From positions 186,001-250,000 of the forward strand of contig CDRNVI010000034.1 in assembly GCA_977017575.1 (NCBI GenBank): 64,000 nt of DNA, written 5' to 3'. Positions 10,096-22,076 of this stretch are shown piece by piece. The position numbers and the translations under genes were made by a program. The notes beneath the pieces are model-generated. The model saw only the letters and a program-made list of their open reading frames with translations. It had not been told where the DNA came from and searched no databases. Position 1 is the first letter of the stretch, and each line of letters starts with the position of its first letter. The stretch comes from Paramoeba atlantica. Its lineage: Eukaryota > Protista > Discosea.

Positions 10096-12421
10096 GGTGT
10101 AGAAAACTGTATTAGCTACATGTATATCATCTCGAGCTTTAAATAGTTTAAGTAATTGCCTGCTTAAGAAATAATATACATGTTCAAACTGTCTTCTTCT
10201 CCCACCTTACGGTATGTTAGTGCAGTTTTTATTCGTTCGATATTTCTTTTGATACGAAGTTATTCTAAGGAATATCTTCTCATGTTCTGGTTTGGATTCT
10301 TCCTAATCACAGCTCAAAGATATGGAAGACAGATCACTCGCTAGAATTCAGCTTATTCATTGTAATGTAGTACAAGAGAGAAAGAGTTATGACGCTTCGG
10401 GGCGTAATATTTTTTTATATCAAAACTCTAAAAGGGGGATGGTGGCGACATTGAGAATCAGCAAATAGCCAATGAGCTTCGGAAAATTCGTCAATTACGG
10501 TACCACCGTGTAAGATAGATTCCCACTATTCCAAAGTAATCATCATGCTAGAAATGTAGTTGAAATTAATTGAATGTACTTTTAGTCGTCTTTTCTACTT
10601 CTTAACCAAGTGGTGTTGTGCAAGCGTTTTGGGTTTACATTTATTAGCAGGTAAAAATAGGGTTGGACCTGTACGACGCCTAACAGACAACCCGTACTGC
10701 GTTTTAAATTCCCCAAGATATTTTACTTTTAACTTCGAAAAATCTTATCTGTTTTGCATACAGTGCAGTCGTACGTGATAGTCACGTCATGTAGGAACTG
10801 CAGAATATATTTCACGTGCATTTAAATACGACAGTACTTAAATTTACAAGTTTGTTCAAATTAAATTTATGAGCTTGTTGAAATTGTTCCTTGTACTTTA
10901 CGAGTGGAATTAACTTTGTAAGTGTACCAAATCCTCGTTGTGACTACCAGTTGGGATCAACACTCTCTCGGAGTTCCATAATTCTATGATGATACAACGC
11001 CCTGGAAGGAGTTAAGTAGACACCTAACACTATCATATAGTGTTAGATCTTAGAAGCTGGTTCTCCTGCCTCGTGGTTGAGATACATGCATACCCCTTTC
11101 ATTTAGTCTTGTTGACGATTTCGACGTGGTGTGTTGTTCAGCACGTTGCCCCCATGATCACGCGTTTGCTGTTACAGACGGTATGTAAAGTTTCAGTCAT
11201 TTGAAATGCAAGCGTTGCCCGTGGGAATCACACGGCCGCCACAAAACCATTACCTTGTCCACCGGCGCGAGTGTAAGGGACCCATTTCAGTGACAGATCC
11301 ATGGACCTCCTTCGATGCACCCTCCTTTGGTATCCTTAAAGGTCGAGCGCTTTTGTACTAAAGGTATACCAATGCTCCACGCAATGTCGAGCTTGCCATT
11401 TTCTCAGACGGCTGAAACCAGACATTTACGATCCCGACCGGTCCCACAGTTCCTGGTTGAATTTCCATCGAAGAAAAGACTTGGTGAAAACGTGAGTTCT
11501 AGAAATTCGATGAAAGAGAGAGCAGTCAAAGAATATTTTTTAAGGGAATTCATTCAAGTGTTACGCAAAAACGATGTGTGTTCAGTAGAAAGTTGCTTCT
11601 TGACTCTTGCCAGAGCTCGATCCTTCGCCTTGAAGTGACGCTCTGGCTTACAACCCTAAGGCGTAAACCACGAAAAGATTAAAACAACTTGAGATTGGAG
11701 TGGCGCTATGATACATGTATCAGTATTTTTGTGAATTCAAGGTAGAGGAACGACAGGGGGTGTTCAGATCGGCATCTGAAAGAGAAGCTGCTAGAGAAAG
11801 CCTTTCTCTAGGGCTGCTAAACACCTCAAGTCCACGTTGTAACCGTCGGTGGACTCTCACCGAGCCCGGACGGAAGTACAAAGTCTGTACCCCTGCCTCT
11901 AGATGATCTCCCGAGACGAAGTGGTGTCAGTTTTCAAGCTGTACATCTCTTTCTGGACCACCGGATCACGTGACCGTCCTTTTACTGGCATGTTCATTGA
12001 GTGCGAGGCAGCGGAAGAAACAGAAGTCGAGTGAAACAGAAAAAGGAGGAAATAGTTCTCCAAAGAGGAAGACAAGACCAAAATTTCGGGATCAGCTATA
12101 CTATGAAAATTTAAGTTTATGAGTTAAGCAAGGAGACTTCGCGAACAATAGGAGATCCGATAATAGGAGCTTTGATTCATCGTACAGCTACGGTTCTTGT
12201 AGATCGTACCGCAGCCGGTGAAACCAACGTTACGAAGATGCCCCTTTGAAGGAGGAAAGTCAATCCAAAGATACCTCTTTTAGTGAGCAACTCATGGACT
12301 GTAATGATGATGGCTAGGACATTCAGATGTGGTCTCCCGGAGATAACCGGACACAATCCGAAATTATCAGCTTTTAGCCACGTCGCAGCACATACATTTT
12401 TAAGATCACGTAGACACTTAT

Positions 12422-12520
12422 AACTACGTTTTGCCTCTCATACATTTATATTCGCCCAAACATCAGGCCTTTGATGGCAAGACAATGGCCGAAACTCTAA
12501 CCAGCTATCTTCAAATTGCG
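12422..12520 (+). pseudogene. Short relic of the hAT-like transposase seen at 25276-25993
   Basis: Translates as LYSPKHQAFDGKTMAETLTS, matching MYSPQYKAFDGKLMAETLVN in the 25742 ORF. Confidence 0.65.
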
Positions 12521-13365
12521 GTGGTTGTACAACTACCGCTCTGCCCTCGATTATTAAAAAAAGTGAACAAAATAGTGAAAATGTAAGAATAACACAGTAA
12601 TAAATATAATAGCAAAAAATAGGCTCCGGTGGTCCAAAACTGGAAAAAAAATTCAAAAAAATCGGGGGTCCAGGGGGGGGGGGATGGAGGAGTCCAGGGG
12701 GGCATGAAGGGGACATACATTGGTTTCACGATATCTTCCCCACCCGCGGAATTTTGAGTTTTTTTATCCGTTTTTTCTCATTTTTGCAGCATTGGATAGA
12801 TCTCGTTTCCCTGGTGAAGAGCTTTGCCGCACTTTATTTATAGGGACCCCCTGGTACCCCCCTGGGTCCAAAACACATGGTTTTTTGAGTCATTTTTCTG
12901 CATTTTGTTTTGTTCTTTTATGCTTTGTCAAAATATTTTCTCTCGCATTTAATGCGCCATAATGGCATTATGGCTTGTTTTCATTGTGTTTGATAGATCT
13001 GGTTCCCCTAGAAAGGCCTTTGCTATTTTCTCTTCCTAGTGATCCCCTAGTGCTCTCGTGAGATAAAAAGCATGATTACAACCACGAATCCCTTAGAGAT
13101 CATAAAAGCAAGCTACCATTCTGTGACGTTTTTTGCGTCAGGTGCACCTCCTAACCTAAATTACTTATGGAGGGGGGAGTATAAGTCGGGCGGTACACCA
13201 TGGCACATTATTTTTCTTTCCAAATTGTAGTCCCTCAAAATAAATAAATTCCGACCTCCAATTGGATTTCTTCCAAAGGCCCCAATTGGAGTCCCAACTA
13301 TGTGCGTATCATTTCTTTACAATTGCATACATTGCTCGCATCGTTTGTCAGCAAAGCTAGCATAT

Positions 13366-14298
13366 TTACGACTCGAAGAGTCCAAGAGATGAAGTATTTT
13401 GAATTATGGATGAAAACAAGTTGTCACCGTGTTTTATGTAAGCTATTGGAACAACAATCTTCGAAAGGTCCAGAACCCCAGAAAGCCTATTGCTGTTAAG
13501 GGTGAGTCGTTTCAGATTAGGAGGAAGGGCACTGAGATCGACCGGACCTTCAAAATCGTTTTCATGAAAGTAAAGTGCCTCAAGTTGTAAGGGAAGATAT
13601 CGAAGTTCTAATGACCCCGAAAATCGATTCACAGAAAGACCCAAGTACTTTAATCGCGAGGGTAGTTCCGTGAGCGTAACGGGACCAGAAAAAGCGCAAA
13701 GTCCAACCCCTAAATGTTGAAGCACGACAGGTAGTTTGTCCAAATCAACGGAACCCTCAAAGTGATTACTGGTCAAAGAAAGATACTCAAGCGAAGAAGG
13801 CAAAAACGTAAAATCTACACCACCCCCAAACTGATTGTAACCCAGGCTCACGTAGGTGCAGCCAGCAGGAAATGAAGAAAAATCAACAGGTCCAGATAAC
13901 TCATTTTTACTTTCGTGGAGACTCCCAACGTTTATGCGTTCAATCGTCTGTGGAAGCCACTTCCATATCAGACTTCCCAAAAGACCTGAATGGCGTCTTT
14001 CCCAATTTAATGCGCTCACCTTTTTTGCTGAGTTACATTCCACACCGTGCCAGTCACAGGCGTTGATCTCCGGTTTCCAAGTGGAATGTGGGTTGCTTAA
14101 ATTAGCTATTAATTCAAACAGTTGAGTCTCCTGCGGTATGAGAATTCGTCGTACTTTATAAGCACGCGAAAAAGTAATCTTATTCTGAGGCGAAAATTCT
14201 TGCGTGTTCGCCTCTCTTTGTTTTCTTTTCTGAACTGAATTTTCTGGATCGACCGACGTAGCTCCAGAAAACAGGTAAAAGTGCTCACACGAAAGCAT
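13366..14298 (-). CDS. Leucine-rich repeat protein (family member 4)
   Basis: PQETQLFEL, ACDWHGVECN cap, ~9 LRRs; first ATG at 14298. Confidence 0.9.
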   Translation of the reverse strand: MLSCEHFYLFSGATSVDPENSVQKRKQREANTQEFSPQNKITFSRAYKVRRILIPQETQLFELIANLSNPHSTWKPEINACDWHGVECNSAKKVSALNWERRHSGLLGSLIWKWLPQTIERINVGSLHESKNELSGPVDFSSFPAGCTYVSLGYNQFGGGVDFTFLPSSLEYLSLTSNHFEGSVDLDKLPVVLQHLGVGLCAFSGPVTLTELPSRLKYLGLSVNRFSGSLELRYLPLQLEALYFHENDFEGPVDLSALPPNLKRLTLNSNRLSGVLDLSKIVVPIAYIKHGDNLFSSIIQNTSSLGLFES

Positions 14299-14707
14299 GT
14301 AAAAACGTAGCAAAGAAAATTAGATATAGACCGCTGTACATGAATGAGTTACCCATATTTCTTATGGCAGGAGTAGTGCCATACTCCATGTATGGTGTGC
14401 TATATTTAACCCCCTATTTCTCCCAATAATCCCCTTATTTAGTGTTAGATTTTGCCGAATTTCACACAACGCTAAGTAGGGGGGGCAGTAATTTTGCCAG
14501 ATTCTAAATTCCAAAAAATACATGTAGGACTTTTCCCTGCACGATCAGGAATTCGATTAACCTGTTCCACAAGTGCGTACCCAGGAGCCCCAATCGAGAG
14601 TTCTGGAATGCACTATTGAAAAACGGATAACCCCAAATACAAACATTCCAGTAATTCAGTGATTGTCTCATCAAAACACTGATCCCGAAAAAAAGGAATG
14701 CTTATGC

Positions 14708-14980
14708 TTACGTGATAGGATAAATTTTCCTCACTTGTGGATTGAGCGGGTCGACATATATACTTTTCAGCGACCTTTTTCCTGTTTGACTATTGGTTCG
14801 AGAAGACTCTTTGGCTTGAGAATCCTTGTACGCTTCGTAGGTAAAGTAAAGTAAGGGGGGTAGACATAAAAACGGAACTGCTATCATAAGACGCATATAC
14901 AATAGCATTGCTTTGTATTTTCGCGTAGTATATGGATTGTGCTTGCGCCTAGGTGATGATTTTCCAGTGACTCCTTCCAT
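14708..14980 (-). CDS. Small single-pass membrane protein, unknown function
   Basis: 90 aa from first ATG; basic N-terminus, TM with P-x4-P, KR-x7-DPL motif. Confidence 0.55.
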   Translation of the reverse strand: MEGVTGKSSPRRKHNPYTTRKYKAMLLYMRLMIAVPFLCLPPLLYFTYEAYKDSQAKESSRTNSQTGKRSLKSIYVDPLNPQVRKIYPIT

Positions 14981-15484
14981 GGAGATAAGAAGCTTCAAGG
15001 ATACCTAGGATCAGCACACGCACGCATGTGTGCATACTTACATAAGAAATAATGCGATACCCGAATTAAAAATTAAATAAGATTTTGCACAATGAGGACG
15101 TCACAATTCTCATAAATAAATGTGATCCTCATATTTTCTTGACACAAAGGGTACGCGAACAGATGGATGTATCGCTCTAAAGAAATTGCTTCCATACAAT
15201 ATACACAATAGGGGTACATTAACAAGTTCGGTTCGATCATGTTCTAAAAAAATGCAAAGCTTAACTACATGTAAAAATAATCAGGGAATTTTTTCACTCC
15301 TTTTTAGGAACTAATTTACAAAAGAAATTTGTTACCAAAAAATAAATTCATTCGAACACATTTTCATTCGAAATTTCATCGCCTCTTACCTGTGTATACC
15401 ATCCTTGATTCATCATTTAACATGCATCATTTAACAGCGCATTAGATTACAACACCTCTGTTTGCCACCATCGCATACCACCAC

Positions 15485-16174
15485 TCATTCCATACCCAAA
15501 TAAACCGAAAACTCATGAAAATCGCGATCAAACTCCGCTTCGATCTCCGCAAACGTGTACGCCGGTCCCTCATCCGCCGCGGGATCATCCGTCCAATCCG
15601 GGTGCATCACCAACCACGGCCGGTTATGCACATAAAAATGCTGATGACACATGGGGCAAATATTCTTCGCGTACCCTTTAAACATCAACCCATAGGCCCC
15701 ATCCGGCACATGGGGGGCACAGTCCCCTTGACATAACGCCACCTGGGCGTCCCCGGGGTTTCCCGTGCCCTCCAGCCGCAGCGGTCGGTCCTCACTCCCG
15801 ATCGGGGGCTCATAGAGGTGGTTCACAGTAAGATAGGGCCTCTCGTTGTACTCCTCCTTGTCGTGCTCGACCAGCATTACCGTCTCGTCGGCCTGGAATT
15901 TATGGTGGAACTTTCGCGGCTCCTGCCACTCCACGCGGGCCCGTCCCCGGACGACGTCGTCGAACAGCGGGAGACTCTGGTCTACGATTTTAGAGAAGAC
16001 ACTTCCCTTGAATGCATCGGCGAGACTCTTGTTGTTGTCAGAGAAACGCCACGGCATCATGGGGTTCTGGGAACGGTCCTCGTTGGGGACGGGGGGGATG
16101 GCGCTGCCGGAGAGGCAAAAAGGGGTAGAAGAGAGGAGTGAACGGGAGAGGCGGGAGGGGGTAGAGCAGAGCAT
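15485..16174 (-). CDS. COX5B: Cytochrome c oxidase subunit 5B-like (zinc-binding) mitochondrial protein
   Basis: Presequence-like MLCSTPSRLSRS; GSEDRP, LCQGDC and CPMCHQHF motifs as in COX5B; first ATG at 16174. Confidence 0.65.
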   Translation of the reverse strand: MLCSTPSRLSRSLLSSTPFCLSGSAIPPVPNEDRSQNPMMPWRFSDNNKSLADAFKGSVFSKIVDQSLPLFDDVVRGRARVEWQEPRKFHHKFQADETVMLVEHDKEEYNERPYLTVNHLYEPPIGSEDRPLRLEGTGNPGDAQVALCQGDCAPHVPDGAYGLMFKGYAKNICPMCHQHFYVHNRPWLVMHPDWTDDPAADEGPAYTFAEIEAEFDRDFHEFSVYLGME

Positions 16175-16529
16175 GGGAGAGGGCGAAGGGAGAGCGGGTG
16201 TCGGAGGTCGGGGACTAAGGTGAGAAGGGGAAGAAAAGAAAAAAAAGAAGGATGTGAATGCAAAAGAAAAGGTTGTTGATAAGGGAAGAAAAACGATACG
16301 AGATTTTTTACAAGAAAAGCGGGTCAAAGTGAAGCATTATTGCGCCTTTTTTGGAAAAAAAATAAGATATTTTTTTAGGTTTATGGGCCGCTAGTACTTA
16401 TTTCTTTTGATTTCGCTTCTAAAAAGCTGAGTCTTCACATTAATTAGAGATCTTTGCACAGCTGTTTTAAAAGATTTCCCCCGCTATTTCCGATCTTCTG
16501 ATCATTGACGACTTCTCCGCTAAACTTTG

Positions 16530-16740
16530 GTCGATCTTTTCCTTCTTCATCAAAGCACCCAAGGGTCCCATTCCCACGGGATCGTACTGCCTGCTTGAGC
16601 ATCTCATTCATGCGTTCAACAGTGTTGGTGTGCACCAAAGGTCGTCGATGATTAACTGTCTCATGCCGCAAGTCGTTTCCCAGCGAGCGACTCGATCGCC
16701 AGCAATATGTGCGCGTTACGGTTCGGCTTCCAGCAGACAA
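16530..16740 (-). mobile_element. Merlin/IS1595-family transposase fragment
   Basis: HETVNH...VHTNTVERMNEMLK matches the HxTVNH...HTNxIE signature of IS1595/Merlin DDE domains; truncated. Confidence 0.75.
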
Positions 16741-17035
16741 CTTAATTAATTGTGTTGTTGTGCGCAGTTCATAGTGATAAACCGTGAAAAAAGTTTGTAT
16801 TTTTAATAATCTGACACTCTAAAAGAAAACATATTTGTTTCAAACCAATATTTGAAAAATGTAAAAAACTGTTTTTTTGGCGCAATAATGCTTCACTTTC
16901 ACCGAAAAGCAACCATGTAGTCCATGTGTTCCCTTTGTCAACACTCATCCATCTACATCGGATTACACACAAAATGAATGATCCTTACCCCCCTCCCCCC
17001 TTCCCCCAAAATCTTCCTCCCCCCTTCCTCCCCCC

Positions 17036-18172
17036 CTATCCTCCCCCCCCTCCCTCCCCTGCCAACCTCACCTTCCCCTCCCACCTCTTCCTCTCCCCCT
17101 CCCCCCACCCCTCCACCCTCCTCACCACCTCCCCCTCCCCCAACGTCCCCATGTAACTCTGCCCCACGACGTACCGCCCCACCCACTTTCGGTGCCGCAC
17201 CCCCCCGAGCCCCTCACACACCTCCCCGACCCCCTCCGTCCACCCCCTCCCCCGCGGCTGTGCCCCGGCGGGTCGGCTGGTGACATTGTTCACCAGCACC
17301 AGCAGCCCGTAGCGGGGGAGCGCCGCGAGGGCGTGGCACAGCACACGGAGCCGCGCGGGGGGGGTGGGGACCGCGGAGAGCACCAGGGAGAGCACCACCA
17401 CGGGGAAGCGGCCAAAGTAGGGGGAGGCCTCCGCGGGGATGGACCAGTCCACGGTGTGGACCGGGGCGTCGGGGTAGGGGGCGCGGTCGAGGGCGGTGAG
17501 GGTGAGGGAGAGGGTGGGGGTGCGGGGGTGGGTGGCGAGGGGGTTGTAGCAGGAGCCGATGTCGAGCAGGGGGAGGGGGGAGGGGGTGGGGTAGAGGGGG
17601 GAGAGGAGGGCGAAGAGGGTGGGGGAGGGGGTGGGATCGCGGGGGGGGAGAGGGAGGGGGACGGGAGGGGGGAAGGACCGCATTATGGTGGAATAGAGTT
17701 TGAAGTCGGTGTTGTTGAGGGGGGAGAGATTTGAGTTCTGCTCAGGGTTTAGGTGATATGTGGATTCTGTGGGTTGAAGGGATGAATCTGGCGTATCGTT
17801 TGCAGAGGGCTCAGAGAGTGTGGGTTGATAGGGAGACTCTGTGTTGCGTGAAAAAAGAATTTTCTTGGCGAATTTTCGCATTACTTGTAGCCTACCGTTA
17901 GCATAAAAAAAGTTTTCTACGGCATCCAGAATCCACTCATTACGATCTTCCTTTCGTTCCGAAGATTCCCAAAAATCATTGGCCAGGTGAAACATCGCGG
18001 AGGAATAGGATGAGTCACATTTATCGTCATGCTCCCCTCTTGCTTGAGCACGTCGATGACTTGATTTTATAATATCAGAAAGCTCGTTTTGTTTTCGTAA
18101 ACGCTCCTTACGTGCTTCGTAATATGCACGGTTCATTAAAAATAAAGAAAATAAGGTGTGCGCATTAGACAT
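17036..18172 (-). CDS. SAMTOR: SAMTOR/BMT2-like SAM-binding protein
   Basis: YSSAMFHLA..FW, LLDIGSCYNP, ALDRAP, VVVLSLVLSAVP...R...GLLVLV motifs. Confidence 0.8.
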   Translation of the reverse strand: MSNAHTLFSLFLMNRAYYEARKERLRKQNELSDIIKSSHRRAQARGEHDDKCDSSYSSAMFHLANDFWESSERKEDRNEWILDAVENFFYANGRLQVMRKFAKKILFSRNTESPYQPTLSEPSANDTPDSSLQPTESTYHLNPEQNSNLSPLNNTDFKLYSTIMRSFPPPVPLPLPPRDPTPSPTLFALLSPLYPTPSPLPLLDIGSCYNPLATHPRTPTLSLTLTALDRAPYPDAPVHTVDWSIPAEASPYFGRFPVVVLSLVLSAVPTPPARLRVLCHALAALPRYGLLVLVNNVTSRPAGAQPRGRGWTEGVGEVCEGLGGVRHRKWVGRYVVGQSYMGTLGEGEVVRRVEGWGEGERKRWEGKVRLAGEGGGGG

Positions 18173-18418
18173 AAATTCATTGGCTTCAACTTGCTTGGAT
18201 GAATTCGCATGGGCTCTAGTAGGTACATGTATAACATACAGTGCGCCCAGATAGTAAAGTTTTTTTGGTAGTTACCACCGATTTTGGGTAACTAGCATCT
18301 CCCTCTATAGAACTAGCATCTCCCTCAATAGATGAGCATGAGTAGAATAACTCGGAACACGATTTGCTACTAAGAAACAAATTCTTATGAAGAATGGTCA
18401 TGAAGAATTAACAAACAA

Positions 18419-18741
18419 CTTTATACCCCCCCTGCTTATTGAGAAAAAGGAACTCGTAAGCGTACCAGACCAGAATTCGAGCCATAGAAACGCGAAAATT
18501 CGGGCCTGCCGCACTTCGCGCCGCGGGTTCTCCTTGACAATGCTATTGACGCTTAAAAGATTATCCGCTCAGTGAGCAAGTCCGTAGAGCAGCCCGACGT
18601 ACAGTTGGTGGGATTTTAATGAATTTTTGTTCACTGCAAAAAGATCGCTTCGCGAAAAGTGCGTACAAAAACATTCGCCTTAGAAAAAGGAACTCATAAG
18701 CGTACCAGAATTCGGGGAACTCATAAGCAGGGGGGGTATAG
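18419..18741. mobile_element. MITE with ctatacccccc(c)tgcttat TIRs
   Basis: Inverted termini; two internal copies of gaaaaaggaactc(g/a)taagcgtaccaga; TA on right, left end slightly mutated. Confidence 0.75.
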
Positions 18742-18780
18742 TATCTACAACAAATTACCCACCTCGGAAAGAGAAATCCA

Positions 18781-19536
18781 TCAAGCTTCCTGCTTGTTTG
18801 TAGGACTACATACCATTACGTGCGTTGTACCAAAGTGATATTGCTCGGCGAGTATGTCAGCCGAGAGCCCACTGAGTCGCACCAGACGCCCTATCTCCCG
18901 ATTCCACCAGCATCCCCAACGAAGTGCATGACCGGGGGCAAATTTCTGCAGGTACTCGTTCAACCAGGAGCGATTCCCTTTGCCGTGTTCTAAAAGGAGG
19001 AGAGCGCCTCCTGGTTTACATACTCGATTCATTTCTGTCAGTGCTTGGAGTGGGTGGGCGTAACTACACAACCCAAATACGTCAATGACGGTGTCGAACT
19101 GGTTATCCGCAAACGGTAGTTTTTCCGCATCCGCGCATTGAAACTCATAAGGGATTTCTTTGTGGACAGGAGGGGCAAGTTGGTTATAGTTGGCCTCCAT
19201 CACAGCAACCATCTCGGGGGATTGATCACACATGACAACCGACGTTACATTTTCAGGGAAAAGGCCAATGTTACGACCAGTGCCCGCCCCTACCTCCAAC
19301 ACTTGACCCTTGGCGTACTGTCGCAGGAGTGATCTCCGTCGACGAGAAATCCCCAACCAAATTTCCTGAAACTTTGTTTTGCTATCGTAGATGGTGGCAA
19401 GACGACTGAACTGGTGCATTCGCTGAGCGTCCGACACGGAGAACGTCTGTGGGGTAGCGCTACGAATGGCCACGTAGTAAGTGGTGCCCGCAAAGATGGT
19501 CCCGGCCATACATGTGGCACCAAAAATCCCGAGCAT
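18781..19536 (-). CDS. Class I SAM-dependent methyltransferase (OMS1/METTL7-like)
   Basis: VLEVGAGTG, DAEKLPFADNQFDTV, CKPGGALLLLEHG; N-terminal hydrophobic stretch. Confidence 0.88.
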   Translation of the reverse strand: MLGIFGATCMAGTIFAGTTYYVAIRSATPQTFSVSDAQRMHQFSRLATIYDSKTKFQEIWLGISRRRRSLLRQYAKGQVLEVGAGTGRNIGLFPENVTSVVMCDQSPEMVAVMEANYNQLAPPVHKEIPYEFQCADAEKLPFADNQFDTVIDVFGLCSYAHPLQALTEMNRVCKPGGALLLLEHGKGNRSWLNEYLQKFAPGHALRWGCWWNREIGRLVRLSGLSADILAEQYHFGTTHVMVCSPTNKQEA

Positions 19537-20274
19537 GAGAAGAAACGAGCCAGAATGCCTTCGTTGGTTGGTTCCAGCGGGCTAGATAAAATCACGTGGG
19601 AATGAGCGATCCAAAATAGAGCTCGATAAAGTCAAAATGGATCGTTATACCGTCAAAGTTATTAGCGGAATAAAAATCATTGGAATAAAAACTACCGGAA
19701 TAAGTGACGGAGTAAGTAACGGAGTAATTTAATTTTGTCGGATTGTTTCGCCAAATTCGTTGATCTTTCCGAAAATTGTCCAAAAAGTTTGTCAAAATTT
19801 TGATCTTCCCCAAAATTGATGGATCGATTAAGACGTATGCGGAGAAATTTTCTGAGAACTCAGAAATATTTCTGAGAAATCAGATAAATGTGCTGAAAAA
19901 ATTCAGCAAAACGAATCACGCTATTGATATGGATTTGCGAAAATATCTTAGATCCGGTGGGAAATATCATATCCAGTGCACCAACTTATCGTGCCCAATG
20001 TACCAATTGAATAAGCAAAGAGTACGAGATGTACGATAATTTAAGTTACTTGAGAGTGCATTTAAAATGTTGTGTCAGGGAATTGCTACACTGTACCCGT
20101 GATCTTGACTATGAAAACTATACCAATACTGTTCTTTTGAGATCGCATGCGAATGCCACAAGGGACGCATCGTACCGAACTTCAAGATAAAGCATATTAA
20201 CCACGTAATCGCGCTATTATTTAAAGAATCTGAAAGAAAAGCTGGCATGGTTGACACTTTTTTGACACAACCTA

Positions 20275-21061
20275 CAGTCCAGCTCTTGGCTTCGCCCCCC
20301 AGGCTCCAGAGCGCACGGTAAGAGCTTTTGACCTAATTCCTTCGGCATTCAACAGATCTCGAAAAACTAGAGCGTTTACCGCCGTAGTTTTGACCATACC
20401 GACCCCTATGCGCATCATAGCTAAAAAATACACGAAAAATTAGGTGTTTTTTTCATAAATTACAAAAAAAATCCAATTTTTCCAATTTTTCAGAGTTTTT
20501 TTTCTTTATAAATGGTTTCTCATTCGATGAATTTGCGGGATACTCCCGTTAAATCGACACAAGGACAGTATGCCAACTCTCCCAAAAACAAAACACCCCC
20601 AGTCACTCATAAAATAGTGCGATGTACCCTCCCAGAGCGCCTTGAACTTGTCAGCCAATGTAAAAAGGGGCTTAGTGTTCATGCGTTGGCCAAAAATTTT
20701 GGCAGAGACAGAAAAACTATACGTGATATCTTGTCTAGATGGAAATTAAAAAAGAGATTGTATAAATTCTGTTCCTAAACGCTTGCGCATTGTGCAGCGC
20801 GTTCAAGGAGACCATTGTGGGTACTAGTGCATAGGAATTTATACGCATTTCTTATTTTTTTACCCCCTTTCAAAAAACAAAATTGGGGGAAATTTCCCAA
20901 CTTTCACTACGCCCACCTAGGACCCAGGGGGGGGGGTGATAGGCAAAGCAACGGTGGGGAGCGCACTAGTTTTTCGAGATCTGTTGAATGCCGAAGGAAT
21001 TAGATCAAAAGCTCTTACGGTACGCTCTGGAGCCTGGGGGGGGAAGCCAAGAGCTGGACTA
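20275..21061 (+). mobile_element. Internally deleted Tc1-like element with ~100 bp TIRs
   Basis: TA-cagtccagctcttggc... and its reverse complement ending at ~21060; internal ORF 20512-20778 with HTH-like GLSVHALAKNFGRDRKTIRDIL. Confidence 0.85.
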
Positions 21062-21087
21062 TCAGTATATCATGGTACTTCGACTAA

Positions 21088-21780
21088 CTATGCGTTCAAT
21101 GCGAACAATAAAAACACGTAAAAAATGAGAAGACAAGTTGTTCTTATGTCCTTCCATTCCCGTCCAATTGTTTCATCGGTTCTCACACAACGCGGGAGGA
21201 CATGTTCGGGAAAAATCACAAGCTTAGGATTGGAGCACAAATCTAGTGAGGCCAACCGCCGTGAAAGGCTGGAGACGTCTAATACAGAACTAAAATCATT
21301 GTGCCTAAGATTTAACGCCCCCAAGCGAGGTGGGAGATCACTTAAAATCAGCCTCCCGCAAAAGCGATTGTAACTCAAATCAAGATTACGTAGCGCGACG
21401 GGTAGATGCGTGAAATCCAATTCCCCAGTATGACGATTGTGTCCCAGAGCAAGACTCCACAGCCCTTGAGGGAACACGGATAGGTCAACCGTACCTCCTA
21501 ACTCGTTACTACGAAGATCAATATAGGCGAGAGTATCAGGGAGAAACCGGTAGGACAAGTTTCCACGCAGTCCCAATCCATGCCAGAACAATCGAACGAC
21601 CCGGCCGTCTTCAGAACACATGACACTTCCCCATTTCTCGATAGGGGTGTTGGCGTTCCACGTGGGGTCGGTGCCTTTTGCATCCTGAAGAAATTGCGTG
21701 AGAATCACCTCATCTGGGTGTAGTTGTAGCCGCGACTTTCCCTTTTTGATGGATAAGACGCGTGAGATGGGCGCATTCAT
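21088..21780 (-). CDS. Leucine-rich repeat protein (family member 5) with hydrophobic C-tail
   Basis: 230 aa; WNANTPIEKWGSVMC cap, LRRs, ends LLIFYVFLLFALNA. Confidence 0.88.
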   Translation of the reverse strand: MNAPISRVLSIKKGKSRLQLHPDEVILTQFLQDAKGTDPTWNANTPIEKWGSVMCSEDGRVVRLFWHGLGLRGNLSYRFLPDTLAYIDLRSNELGGTVDLSVFPQGLWSLALGHNRHTGELDFTHLPVALRNLDLSYNRFCGRLILSDLPPRLGALNLRHNDFSSVLDVSSLSRRLASLDLCSNPKLVIFPEHVLPRCVRTDETIGREWKDIRTTCLLIFYVFLLFALNA

Positions 21781-22076
21781 AAAATGTTAAAGATTTTTTT
21801 GAGTTGGACAACTATCGATTACGCTAGAAAAAAAAACGAACGAAACAAATACCACTCTTGTCCCCAAAAAGGACGGCAGTTCTTCATACTGACTTATTAT
21901 TCATATTGGTAGAAAACATGCAACGAAACATACCCTCGTGAGACTAAACTCTACCCTTCAATAGAACTATATTGAAAAAATAGGAGAGACTTAACAGGGC
22001 AAATTTTTCTGCTTCAGTCCTCCTTTCAGATCACTTTATAGGTCTGTGTCTCGCTTTGCAGGAGTTGTGGCTCACT

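Noticed and set aside
10130-12400. Degenerate intergenic stretch with short ORFs in both directions
   Set aside because: Probably decayed TE sequence, but no motif or termini could be identified
18289-18330. 21 bp tandem duplication (aactagcatctccctc x2) and similar small duplications at ~24725 and ~8985
   Set aside because: Ordinary slippage products with no further structure
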